A stretch of 64,000 bases of DNA from contig OZ024743.1 in assembly GCA_964016885.1 (NCBI GenBank), forward strand, positions 55,180,001 through 55,244,000, written 5' to 3'. The notes below the pieces were generated by a model, which saw only the letters and a list, made by a program, of their open reading frames with translations, had not been told where the DNA came from and made no database searches. Made by a program: the position numbers and the translations under genes. The first letter of the stretch is position 1. Each line of letters starts with the position of its first letter. This DNA is from Eledone cirrhosa. Lineage: Eukaryota. Shown here in pieces: positions 1 to 13,750 of this stretch.

Positions 1-265
1 GCTGTTATATCATAATTGTATATTTCATTCTAGCTAACTTTATTCCTTTTGCAATATAAACTAAGATATGTTTGTATCTGTGTTTCATCATATATATTGA
101 TTTATATTTATTACACGGCTCAGAAATATTCTTTTCTTGGAGCTATTTTCATTGTAAAGGAATGCTTGAGATTTGAACTCAATACACTTAATATATATAT
201 ATTCAAAATATTAACAAAATATTAATTCAAAATATTAACAAAATAGATATTCTTGTGATCAATTA

Positions 266-332
266 TATTTTATTATACATATTTCAGAGGTACTGAGTTA
301 AGTTCAACAGTACGTCCTCATCAGATAAAATA
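266..332 (-). ncRNA. Type I hammerhead ribozyme, family A (PLE terminal repeat)
   Basis: Minus strand reads TATTTTAT-CTGATGA-ggacgtactg..cagtacctct-GAAA-TATGTA-TA-ATAAAATA: perfect 8-bp stem I, canonical core, paired stem II, minimal stem III, AUA cleavage triplet. Confidence 0.8.
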
Positions 333-784
333 AGATGATGCATGACATATCCTGACATAGTAGATGGTTAAGATTCAATCATGGTAGTGATTAACATATG
401 AAAAAAAACTCAATATTTATACTTTAATATTGAGAACATGAGAAAAATATATAATACAAACAATAGAGAGGGTGAGTGTAATACAGCTTAAACAATACAT
501 GGCATCAATATAACAGTTAACAATTTTTTTTTTTAATCTGCTGAAGAAAGAGGAAAGAAAGGAAAGTATAGAGGAAGAAACAGGTGATGTGATAATATAT
601 TTGGTAGGTGGCTCGAAAAACAGATGAAAGATGATTAAAGAGAGAGAGACAAAGGGGAATAATTTATGTTGAAGTTTATAGACAATTACCCATATATGCA
701 ATATATATCCAAATTTATTTAGTTGGCCGTTAATATATTGTAAAACTCATTCTTTGATATATTCATTGAACCTTGTTTAACTTT

Positions 785-842
<58 letters not shown>

Positions 843-844
<2 letters not shown>

Positions 845-930
845 AAAATAGTCAAGACCCCGACGGCTGAGCTCCGACCGTTTCGACAGCGTTATGGTCC
901 ACCTGGTTTCTTAACATACTTTCTTTGTTA
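843..930. mobile_element. Short TA-nested interspersed element (CCCCGACGGCTGAGCTCC family)
   Basis: The same sequence recurs near 22490-22680, 24437-24610, 27695-27805, 37222-37280, 54250-54410, 58865-58925 and 59003-59143, always abutting (TA)n. Confidence 0.7.
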
Positions 931-946
931 TATACATATATATATA

Positions 947-1508
947 TATCTAAAACAGTGAATGTATGTATGTCTGTCTGTCTGTCTGACTCCCTAAAAC
1001 TCGAGAACCACCCAACCATTGTTTTCAAACTTTACACATGTAATACTTATGGTCTTGTGAGTGTTTTGAGAAAAAATATTTCAAATTGTCAATGCCCTAG
1101 GGACCCTAGGGACGCATTAGGCGATTTAGGGATCTCTCTCTATAATTCTTAGTCTTTCGTTTTAGATAGATACATAGATATAACGTCGCGCCCTTATAAT
1201 ATCTGTCTGTATGTCTGGCTGTCTGCATTACGACATTATGACGCTGTGTGTGTGTGTATATATATGTATATATAGTGTGTGTGTATATATATATATATAG
1301 TGTGTAACGTTTTTCGAAATATTTACTTCTGCGTTCACAAATTGATTTTTTTAGTTTCAGAAGATCCCGTTAAGGGTGAAAGCAGCTATTCTTTGCTTAA
1401 AATTTAATCTGTTATTTTAATATATAAATATTTATATATATATATATATTCGTGTACAAATATTTTTGCATACACAATAACAAAATATAAACAAACGTAT
1501 TTATTTCA
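947..1508 (+). mobile_element. Non-autonomous Helitron-like fragment carrying a PLE terminal-repeat piece
   Basis: The 5' part (TAAAAC..GTCTGTCTG..AAAACTCGAGAA..TTCAAACTTTACACATG) matches 57541-57830. Segment 1150-1508 matches 51101-51500 inside a CTAG-terminated Helitron. Confidence 0.6.
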
Positions 1509-1599
1509 CGAGGTTCGATAAGGATAAATATATATCAAATATATAAGAATCCTAGAGCAAATCCCGAGCAACGAAAAAAAAAATGTATTAATATTATTG

Positions 1600-2320
1600 A
1601 TATATATATATATATCCCTAATCAACAATGGATTCCAACGTGCCCTAAAACTAGACATCCAGGAACTCAGACACCCGAAACCCAGGAATGAACCGCAACA
1701 GAAAACTCTACCATATATCTCCACACACAACCTCCCCAACAATGAGGCATTCGATACCATCCTCCAGAACTAAAAAGAGACCCAAGAATGAACAAAATCC
1801 TCCAAACACACAACATCATAAAGAGCAAAAGACAACCTAAATCCATAAAAAACATCCTCACACAAGCCAAAATCCAACAAACCCTCACAATGAACCCTAC
1901 AGTAACAAAATGCGGAAGGCCCAACTGTGGCATATGCATAAATCTAATAGAAGGTTCAACATTCCATTTTAAACAAGGACAACATTTCACAGTTAAACAC
2001 AACTTTAAATGCGCATCTGAAAACCTAATCTATGTTTTGACCTGTTCAGGTTGTCAAGAGCACTATATAGGGCAGATAAAAAACAGCCTCCGACAACGTA
2101 TGACCGTCCATAAATCACAAATCAAAATACAGAAATAGAGAAAGATTGCGTTTAGTGAACATATCACCAATTGTGCACCCAACCAACATCCAAACTTTAA
2201 AATTTTCCCCATTTACAAATTCAGAGACAACGCTACTTTCATCCATCGTACCAATAAGGAAACGTACTTCATTAACAAATCCCAACTTCTACTTAATGCA
2301 CTAAACTTCGGACTAAATTA
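1600..2320 (+). pseudogene. Penelope-like element remnant: CX4CX2C linker plus GIY-YIG endonuclease (Neptune-like)
   Basis: ORF 1788-2138 has KCGRPNCGIC, NLIYVLTC..C..HYIGQ and LRQRMTVHKSQI. The frame continues past the TAG as RKIAFSEHITNC..KETYFINK. Confidence 0.85.
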
Positions 2321-2731
2321 AAACTGGAACAAACAATCAAACATTTACAAATACCTATGTCTCTCTAAAGAGTTACCTCCCTACATCCTACCTAATCCTT
2401 TTTCTTAAATAAATTAAATATCATCCAGCATGAATTACCTCCCCCTTCATATTAACTCTCTAAAAAGGGAAATCATATCAAATCCCAGTCCACCATTTGC
2501 CTCCATCATGGATCAACTAAGCACTCTTGCAATATTAACACATTTTGATCTGCTTATCTTCAAGAACTATGCCTGTAAATAACATTATTTTTTGCCTTAT
2601 TATGCTCCACATTACGCCCCTTTTTTTCTTTTTTCTTTTCACTTCATAAATTTTGTTTGTAAATAACATTATTCTTTCTGCCCCATTCCTTTAACATGTC
2701 CAACACCACCATTCTACACCAATACATATTA

Positions 2732-2770
2732 TTATTTGATAATGCATAAAAATGCTGAAACCGGTAATAG
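2732..2770 (+). ncRNA. Hammerhead-like motif with U3-A8 core variant
   Basis: TTAT-TTGATAA-t-gcat-aaaa-atgc-t-GAAA-CCGG-TA-ATAG, about 400 nt downstream of the PLE endonuclease on the same strand. Stem III is palindromic (ACCGGT). Confidence 0.55.
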
Positions 2771-2955
2771 ACAATTATTAAATATATAAAAAAATAAATA
2801 AATGCCATTGTTAATTAATAAATAAATAAACTAATACCTTAACACTTCACACAAAGTAAAATATTTCGTTTTAATCATTTTCTAACCCAGAAAAAATAAA
2901 TAAATAAAAAGGAAAGAAATATATTTTTCTTCCTAATAATCGTCTTTTTCTCCGT

Positions 2956-3005
<50 letters not shown>

Positions 3006-3049
3006 GTCTTTGTATGTGTACATGTATGTATATATATATATATACGTAA

Positions 3050-3121
<72 letters not shown>

Positions 3122-3508
3122 ATATAAATGTATGTATATAAATGTATGTATATAAATGTATGTATATATGTATATAAACATATATCTGTGTGTGTGTAAG
3201 ATCTAACCAAATCTTGCATAATCATGACGACGTCATAATTATAAACGTTCTGGCTGGTGAGCCAGAGAAAATGTACGCAGTTTACGTGTTGAGTTTTCAA
3301 CAGTCTTTATATGTGAATCGGATGTGTCCCTTTCTAGTATAAAGATCACCCATTTATGGATCATTTTTGAAATATGTTTCGCTTGCATCTGATTCTATTA
3401 AGTATTACTGAGTAATAATGTGTATCAACAAATCCGTTTGCTTGTAAATGACTGTTGTTTTCAAGGGTTTTTAGTTGTTTCATATTTAAAGGTTCGTTCT
3501 TAACGCTT

Positions 3509-3900
3509 ATCTTCTTCTTCTTCTTCTTCTTCTTCTTCTTCTTCTTCTTCTTCTTCTTCTTCTTCTTCTTCTTCTTCTTCTTCTTCTTCTTCTTCTTCTT
3601 CTTCTTCGTCGTCGTCGTCGTCGTCGTCGTCGTCTTCGTCGTCGTCCTCGCCGCCGCCGTCTTCTTCTTCTTCTTCTTCTTCTTCTTCTTCTTCTTCTTC
3701 TTCTTCTTCTTCTTCTTCTTCTTCTTCTTCTTCTTCTTCTTCTTCTTCTTCTTCTTTCTGGGAGAGTCCTGGAGTGGGGAAGGGATATGGCAGAGACCTC
3801 AAACACTCCTTTCAGCGGATCCTGTCAGAAACAACCGCCTCCCATTGATCCGGGTCGATCCCCAAACGGGACAACCGAGCTCAATGATTTTATTCTTGCT
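3509..3900 (-). mobile_element. 3' end of an RTE-like LINE with a long (GAA)n/(GAC)n tail
   Basis: Minus strand translates as LGIDPDQWEAVVSDRIR*KECL, matching the W..(A/V).DR..W C-terminal motif of RTE-type ORFs, and runs directly into (GAA)n at 3509-3755. Confidence 0.55.
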
Positions 3901-4929
3901 TCGTAACATTTATATCATTGAAACATTATTCATATCAACTTTATAATATGCTTATAATATGCTTATGTGTTATCTGTTTTTTCCAAATATTACTTATAGT
4001 TATTTGCGTTGGGACGGCTATATTTTAAATTTTAATTTTTCCAAATTATTCTTAAGCTAAACGGTTGCTGCTATTTATATTATTTATGTTATTTATGTTA
4101 TTTTTGTCAATATCTTTCAACTTTTATGGCGTGTGGTCTAATGTTTAGGGTTTTGGACTTACGATTTGTAGTTTGAATTAAGTTGTTTTACTTACTACTG
4201 TAGGTTCAATTGCTAGTCCGAGTGCCACGATGTAACGTATACGTTACTCTTTCTACCAGGTGTTGCGACCAGTAGATTGAATCAGAAAGGGAAATATATA
4301 TATATATACATGCACGCATGATGCCGTAACTCCCGATGGAGATGTAGTGGCGTGGTATTGTCATACGCCGATTCTTGGTCTTCTTTAAAAACCTGGCGGA
4401 GCCCATTTCCTCCCGAAATCTGAATACAGCAGATTTCTTTCAGAAGAGTGATAGAATGGAAGTGAGAAAGAGATATGAAGGAAGAATCGTTCCTTGTACT
4501 TGACTGTTATATTTTATCGACCTCGGCTTTGAAGAGAGCAGAGATCCGAAACGAATGCCATAAAGCTTTCTATTGGACGTTCTAACGATTCAGTCAATTT
4601 GCCGCTTATCCTATATATATACATATGCATATCTTCCGCAAGGAGTTATAACCGGGAGTTGTTCAAATAATTCAGATGTCAACTTTACTTTTCATTATTT
4701 CGGGTTCGATAAATAAAATACCTGTCCAGTATTTGGGTCGATCATTTCTTTGTCCTCTCGCTTTGTCCTCTTGCTTCTTTTTAACTGGATTTAACTGTAT
4801 TCAACCATGAAAAAGAATGGGCATCTTCAGATTTAAAATGCCCAAGTTAGATCGTGTATCACGATGATACCTCTAACATTCTATCCGGAATTCAGGGCCC
4901 ATGTTTAGATACTTAAATTGCTTATTTTA

Positions 4930-5460
4930 TTTTCATTGCTAAAACGATCAAGTTCCACCAGCTTCTCCTTCTTCCCATCAATGATACACCTGCCACATTG
5001 AAGCAACTGCTCATTTGTTAAGTGCTTATATTTTGGTTCTTTCATTCAATTTTGACCAAGTACTTACTTAAGTCTCCTCAAATACTTTTGGGTGACACAT
5101 TTTTTCATCTCCTTCTCCATCATTGCATCGGTCTCCAAGAGTCCAAGTTATCGATATCATGTGTCTTCAGTCTTCTTATTATCACTTCGGTGGGTAGTTT
5201 TATTCCTTCACGTCTCAGTACACTGAGTTTACCAATGAGCTTATTTAGTTTTCTTCTTTACCATAAAACTTAAGCCCGTCTACCAATAATACGAGACTTT
5301 AATTGTGCTGCTAGCCTTTAAATTCATACGTTTATCATGACTTTCTCATTAGTAATGTTAAAGTGACCATACACCAAACAAAAGATGAACGGGATAAATT
5401 ATCTCCCCAGACATATCCTACTTCGGAACCTCAACATTCACTAACCAATATATTTATGGA
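4930..5460 (-). pseudogene. Degenerate R4/Dong-like non-LTR reverse transcriptase fragment
   Basis: Broken minus-strand frames give ICLGDNLS..FVWCMVTLTLLMRK, LLVDGLKFYGKEE and LGLLETDAMMEKEMKKCVTQKYLRRLK, which resemble R4/Dong RT motifs. Confidence 0.5.
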
Positions 5461-5496
5461 GATCTTTCTCTAGAAGGGTTATCAACAAAGACTAAA

Positions 5497-5718
5497 GGTG
5501 GCTTAGAAGTATCGGTACAGCGTCAGACAACATGCTTTGCGGCATATGGTTACGGGCCTTTCCGTTCTGAGTTCAAATCCAGCCGCGGTTATCTTTGCCT
5601 TTCACCATTAGGAAATCGATAGAATAATATGCGAGTAATGCACTGGGACGGGTGTCATCGACATTTCCCTACTCTTCAAATTACTGGCCATGTGCCAAAA
5701 GTAGAAAGAACAATTATT
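5497..5718 (+). mobile_element. tRNA-derived SINE with Nin/Deu-type central domain
   Basis: B-box GAGTTCAAATCC, then TTTGCCTTTCA..TCGATA and a GGCC.TGTGCCAAAAGTAGAAA tail. There are more than 15 copies in the window. Confidence 0.8.
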
Positions 5719-5938
5719 CTCTATTTTCAAGCGAGTTTCTACTTCATTACATAGTGCACCTCTGTATTCCTGATGTGTGTCCAACCTTGTGTTTTTATTT
5801 GTGTGGGGGTTGCGAGGTTTTATAGACACCTCTTGTTAGTGTACTGTATTAGGCTTGTTTTGTCATGAGGGTTAACTTTTAGGTGTTTTAATGTTTGTTC
5901 TGTTTATAGTGTGTGAGGATATGTTTGGTGAGCTGTGC

Positions 5939-6017
5939 TCTTCTTCTTCTTCTTCTTCTTCTTCTTCTTCTTCTTCTTCTTCTTCTTCTTCTTCTTCTTC
6001 TTCTTCTTCTTCTTCTT

Positions 6018-6048
<31 letters not shown>

Positions 6049-6184
6049 GTAGTAGTAGTAGTAATAGTGGTAGTAGTTGTAGTAGTAGTCGTAGTAGTAG
6101 TAATAATAGTAGTAGTAGTAGTCGTCGTAGTAATAATAATAATAATAATAATAGTATTATTATTATTATTATTATTAGTAGTAA

Positions 6185-6232
<48 letters not shown>
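5939..6232. repeat. Compound trinucleotide microsatellite (CTT)n(AGT)n(AAT)n(ATT)n
   Basis: Seen directly; lies immediately upstream of the candidate splice acceptor. Confidence 0.95.
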
Positions 6233-6233
<1 letters not shown>

Positions 6234-6267
6234 CTTTATTACATTGCATTATTCTTATATTTATAAG

Positions 6268-7026
6268 GTTGGTAACATAACTACAGAAGGTCCAATGCGC
6301 AAAGAAACCTATAGTAGAGGTCCTTTGACTGGCGTCATAAGTGTCAGTGGGTTGTATCCGGAAGAAAAGAGAAATGAAATTGAAAAATCTCTCTTCTATC
6401 AAAGGACTATGTATTGGAAAATGATGAAAATAAAGGACCAATTGAAGGATCGAAGATTTCAGAAAACGTTGAAACCTTTCACCTCATTATTTCGTGATCA
6501 AGAGAATGCTCTTCTTAATTGGTTCTTTTACACCAAAGTGACAATCAAAGATAAAGATAAAGGAGTTCCTTTGTTTGTAAAACTTAACAAAAATGAAAAA
6601 TTTTCAGACGGATTTGTTTCAATCTACGAAAACCGAACAATTAAAAAATATAACAAACATGAACTTAATGAAAAATATTCAAAAGCTGATGATCTTCTGG
6701 AAGAGCAGGGTCTTATATTCGGACCATTCAAACAAGATCTAAAAGCTATCCATGCCAACGATATTCAAGTTGTTCGTGATGAAATCTTAGCAGAAATCAC
6801 TGAGCTAAAACCGACTTTGTCAAGAGCGTTACAAGCCATCAGACCTTTGGATCTGAAGAAGTTCAGAACCAATCAGTTTTTCCCTCAATTGCCTCTAGCA
6901 AAAGAAAACACTATAATAACAAAGCCGTATACATTTGGATCATTTTGGGGTAAAAGCCGTGTTCATACTAAACTTCCATTTCATGTTAGACGGTTATTGG
7001 CACGAAACATGCATATTGCAAAATAA
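6268..7026 (+). CDS. Probable terminal coding exon of an unidentified host gene (about 252 aa, basic)
   Basis: 759-nt stop-free, non-repetitive frame in AT-rich DNA, preceded by acceptor TTCTTATATTTATAAG|GTT in phase 0 and ending at TAA 7024-7026. No transposon motifs recognised; upstream exons not found in the window. Confidence 0.6.
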   Translation, partial: VGNITTEGPMRKETYSRGPLTGVISVSGLYPEEKRNEIEKSLFYQRTMYWKMMKIKDQLKDRRFQKTLKPFTSLFRDQENALLNWFFYTKVTIKDKDKGVPLFVKLNKNEKFSDGFVSIYENRTIKKYNKHELNEKYSKADDLLEEQGLIFGPFKQDLKAIHANDIQVVRDEILAEITELKPTLSRALQAIRPLDLKKFRTNQFFPQLPLAKENTIITKPYTFGSFWGKSRVHTKLPFHVRRLLARNMHIAK

Positions 7027-7312
7027 TTAATAATTTAAAACGTACAATGCTTTATGCTTTCATTTTTTCGAGAAATCATTTTATAATAAGCATCAACAAC
7101 CCTTCGACGACATTTTGAAATAGACGACATAATTTCAAAACAAAGCATCAGGTGTGTATACTTTGTTTTGTTTTCTTTTTATTTACTTTTAATAGTTCAG
7201 TCATTGACTAGGGTCATGCTGGAGCACTGCCTTGTTTTATCGGTCATATCGACAGAGAGAACGTGTCTTTTAAAAACCTGGAACTTAGGTATTTTTGCTG
7301 AAACTCTGTTAT

Positions 7313-7384
<72 letters not shown>

Positions 7385-7794
7385 CAAGAAAGTAGTAGAG
7401 CATAATCGAAGCTCTGGTTGCGGGCAAGCTAACGAATGCTGTCGGGAAGTGCAGCCAAAAGCACCCAATACCTTAGAGTATTACATTACGTTTAGCCAGC
7501 TATGCAAATTGAAGCCAGTGACCGAAAAGGGAGCTGCTAGGACCAGAACAACGAAAAAACCGACTCAGGGAAAAGTTAATATAGAAATGGCTTCTACAGG
7601 ACTAGAACTGTTTCATTCGGGAGAAATCATCAGGCAGCCGACTGTCCAAGTAATATTGTGGTATTTATACCTTTTCTAGTGGTAGGCGAGGGTGGTGATT
7701 GGGATGGGTGAAGGTCATTGGTTGATGGATATAAAGAAAAACCTCGTGCCTCGTCCTCGTCAGCAGGGTTCTTCAAAACACAACAGAACCGTCT

Positions 7795-8685
7795 GTGTTC
7801 AGAGAACGTGATGCCGCATGTGAGACGTGGGACCGGCTGGGACTTAGCCCAGTAGACGTCCCTCCTCCTTCTACCCCTGTTGACGTCAAGTCTCCACAAC
7901 GCACTTGGGATGCCATCCAGTGCAGCCTGGCCTCAGACAGGCTCACGCGCCAGCTCGACCAGCACCGCTTTGCTTGTTTTCGTGCGGCCTCCAAACCTCA
8001 CAGTGGTGCCTGGCTCCATGCCCTGCCCTCCTCTACTGGCACGCAGCTAGACAATCATAGTCTGCGCATCGGCGTTTCCCTGAGGCTCGGCCTCCGGAAC
8101 TGCCAGCCACACCAATGTCGCTGCGGTTCCACCGTGGACCTTTTCGGCCTCCACCAACTTTCCTGTCGCCATAGTGCCGGCCGCATTCCATGCCATGCTG
8201 CCCTCAACGAGGTCATTAAGCATGGCTTGGGCGCTGCAGGTTTCCCTTCCCAGCTCGAGCCGGTGGGGCTGGATCGAGGGGACGGCAAAAGGCCAGATGG
8301 CATGACCATCTTCCCGTTCCGCGGTGGCAAACCCCTCGTCTGGGATGCCACTTGCACCGACACTTTCTGCAGCCGCAACCTGGTGCAGTTTGCGACTGAC
8401 CCAGGTTGTGCTGCACGTCGGACTGAGGGGACCAAACTCCTCAAATATCGGTCGCTCTCTGACAGGTTTGAGATCGTACCCCTGGCAGTGGAGACTTCTG
8501 GTGTCCTCGGCCCCAGGGCTACCTCCTTACACACCACCATAGGCGCTGAGTTGGCCAGCCGGAGGTATGAGCCCCGCGAGTTGGAGTGGCTTTTCCAGCG
8601 CGTCTCTCTTGCCGTCCTCCTGGGAAACGCCTTCTCCATTCTGTCCGCCGGGGCTGTGGGTGGGCCCCATCGCGTAACGTTGTAG
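7795..8685 (+). mobile_element. 5'-truncated CRE-clade non-LTR retrotransposon (zinc knuckle plus restriction-like endonuclease)
   Basis: SGAWLHALP, LRLGL, CRCG..HQLSC, HAALN, KRPDG..WDATC, KLLKY, PLAVETSG and LFQRVSLAV..GNA motifs; GC-rich island ending in a short (GTT/GTA) tail. Confidence 0.85.
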
Positions 8686-9299
8686 TTGTTGTAGAAGAAA
8701 CAGGAAGACAACAACTGGGAAGTTTGATTTTCTACTTAATATGTTGTCTTCATCTGTCAGTTCCTTTCCTTTCTCCTAAACACTAATTACTGGCCACTCA
8801 TACCAATAATAAGGTATTGTTCTCAAAATAAATAACATCAAAATCTCGTAGATTCAATGTCATGTGAGATAAAGCCTTTACTGTGAAAATGCAATAGTAA
8901 ATATAGAGTAATGTAAACGGTAAACGATAAACCTCTTTAGAGTAACAAAGGCAGGAAAAATTCAAGCTCCTGATTTGTAAGGTTCATTTAAGCTAACAAT
9001 GGCTATTCAATTGGTAGCTCTGTCGAAATGGTCAGGTGTCTTCAATCACACAAGTACACACACATACCCTAACACCCACACACACGCACACGTAGAAACA
9101 CAGAGTTATATACACACATATATATATATATATACACACACACACATATAATATATATACGTATATATATATATATATATACATACACATACATACACTT
9201 GTTTATATATGTTCTGGCTCGTTAATTTATTAACCTGCCATTGAACCACATTGGCATTTGTTTGGACAATACATGCGTCCCTTAGCGCCTTGTGCGTGA

Positions 9300-9690
9300 A
9301 GGAACACATATCCTATTATTACTATCTCCTCTATTGTTGAGAAAAAATTTGGTCGTTCCGACTGCTGCTAGTGATAGTGGCGGCCAATTTGACCTACCTC
9401 CCTCTGCCTCTATCTTTACTTCGGCCCTTGAAAAAATTGATTCCACTTCATTCACTCTCATCTCGGGAACAGTTTGGGATAACGCTAGTTCGTAATTTAA
9501 ATTCAAGAATTTTATATTCTTCGAATGAAAAGAACCTTCTGACGAGAATCTTTCTTTGCAACGAAGGCCGTATGGTCTCCGTTTATTTTTGGGATTCGAA
9601 ACCGATCGGTAAAGGTAACTATAGTAGGTAAAGTCAATTTTTTAAAATTTATTTTGAAACTTTTTCATTATTTGCTAAACCTTGTTTATA
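9300..9690 (+). mobile_element. ORF-less HHR-bearing element (family B), copy 1
   Basis: Collinear, diverged homology to 58460-58840 over about 350-400 nt; both copies end at (TA)n. Confidence 0.7.
9534..9616 (+). ncRNA. Type I hammerhead ribozyme, family B
   Basis: ACCTT-CTGACGA-GAATC..GATTC-GAAA-CCGATCGG-TA-AAGGT: all three stems and a canonical core, GUA triplet, palindromic stem III. Confidence 0.88.
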
Positions 9691-9951
9691 CATACAGATA
9701 TATATATATATGTGTGGGAAGGACCGTCTTTAGGAAGGCCAATCAAGCCTGAAAGGCATAGATGTTTTTCCCCCTTGCTTCTGCTGGACACCACCAGAGG
9801 GCATTAGCCCAGGTGTTTGCATAGCTACGGCTTCCTAAAACCGTGTTTCTTTAGAAATACGAAATTTATATGTATATATAGATAGATATATCCAGGGAGT
9901 GTAACGCGTAGTTATGGTAGGTTGACTCGGGTGAGCACTCGATTTTTATAT

Positions 9952-9998
<47 letters not shown>

Positions 9999-10119
9999 GA
10001 TGGCTGCTCCCTCATTATCGAGTACGGCCATTTCACGATATACCATTATTAATAAGTATTAATTAATTCTATGTGCGTGAAGATTCTTTTTTTTATGTAA
10101 GGAAAGACTGTGCACTGAG

Positions 10120-10545
10120 CCAATCCCATTCTCTGAGCAACAGTAGCTATAACCCGAAAAGAAGAAAAGGTCAATATCATCGGTAACTACTGAGCGGCAG
10201 GTTTTATATCGGAGTTATCCCAGTTTCCTGAGTTACCTTCTCCTAGAAGAATGCCCTGACAAAGGCTATGGGCCCTTCACTCCTAATGGTTTAACTACGC
10301 GATCGGGTATCCAGCCCGATTATTTCATTGTCCCCGCGCATATACATACAGATATACATATTTACACATTTTTGGATGGGCGTTGACTATCATGAGTTCT
10401 TCCGCCCTTTTTTACTGCAGGGTGTCCGAAATAACCATCCTCACCAAGTAAACTTGGTGGGGTTGCCGGTTTAGTAGCCGACGACCCGACCATACGACAG
10501 GTTGTACTGGCTTACATGTTACCAGTAGCACTCAAGAGTGACTCG
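10120..10545 (-). mobile_element. Structured LINE 5'-UTR-like repeat (RTE-like leader)
   Basis: Reverse complement matches 38960-39215 and contains GGC..TCTAGGAGAAGGTAACTC, which resembles RTE leaders. Confidence 0.5.
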
Positions 10546-10558
10546 ACATACATACACA

Positions 10559-10626
<68 letters not shown>

Positions 10627-10649
10627 TACATATGTATATATATATATAT

Positions 10650-10821
<172 letters not shown>

Positions 10822-10880
10822 AACATTTTTTCTCTACATGGCTGAATACAATAAATGTAATCTGAGTTTTTCGAATATTA

Positions 10881-11062
10881 ATAATTGTGTCTACTTTTTT
10901 GGCACAAGGCCAGGCAATTACCCAGTACATTACTGGTACTTTATTTTATCGACCCCGTAAAGATGAAAGGCAAAGTTAACCTCGACGGGATTTGAACTCA
11001 GACCGTAAAGGGACGTAACTATGCTGGAAAGCATGGCGTCCGACCCTCTACCGATACTGCCA
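10881..11062 (-). mobile_element. Nin/Deu-domain tRNA SINE
   Basis: CTGGTACTTTATTTTATCGACCCCG..GATGAAAGGCAAAG..GGATTTGAACTCAG. Confidence 0.85.
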
Positions 11063-11165
11063 AAATAATAACATTCGATTCGTTTGCAATTATGCAAGCC
11101 TCATTTTTATAGCCATGTCAGTAGAATGAACTCTTCATTGTTGCTCTTGTGTTGGGATGTAAACA

Positions 11166-11215
11166 GAACTGCAGACACTAATGTTTCTGGGTATCACCCT
11201 TCATCAGTACAGCTC
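11166..11215 (-). ncRNA. Type I hammerhead ribozyme, family C
   Basis: GAGCTGTA-CTGATGA-a-GGGT-gat-ACCC-a-GAAA-CATTAGTG-TC-TGCAGTTC: 8-bp stem I with G-U pairs, GUC triplet, near-palindromic stem III. Confidence 0.8.
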
Positions 11216-11564
11216 ACTGTTCACCTGCCAACTACCAGAGCTAATGAAAATATATGCTATTTTCTAGAATATACAGTGACTGATCGGCCTGATTTATATG
11301 TTAGCAAACTGTCTGATCAGTTAGATCTGCATATTAGCAGATCCACTGACCAGCCAGATTTGCATATCAGCAGACTGGCCAGTCAGTTTCCTGTATACGA
11401 GCAATAAATAGCCGGCTTTGCCACATTCAAATAAAAAAGAAAATGTTCGCCCTACGTGGTTGAATACAATAAATGTAATCTGAGTAGATCGATACAGATC
11501 GAACCTTGAGCTGATCGGTGGCGAAACGTGCGTCACCAGCCAATAAACGTAATGTCCTTGTTTG

Positions 11565-13750
<2,186 letters not shown>

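Noticed and set aside
5935-6267. N-terminal poly-F/V/I/L part of the 363-aa ORF as a membrane protein segment
   Set aside because: It is a trinucleotide microsatellite upstream of a splice acceptor; only 6268-7026 has real sequence complexity.
7600-7633. Hammerhead-like CTGATGA-tttc-tccc-gaat-GAAA-CAGTT on the minus strand (relative at 56044-56078)
   Set aside because: Stems I and III cannot be closed cleanly and the second copy has a mutated core; too weak to call.
8055-8714. 219-aa minus-strand ORF
   Set aside because: It is the antisense shadow of the GC-rich CRE ORF and has no motifs of its own.
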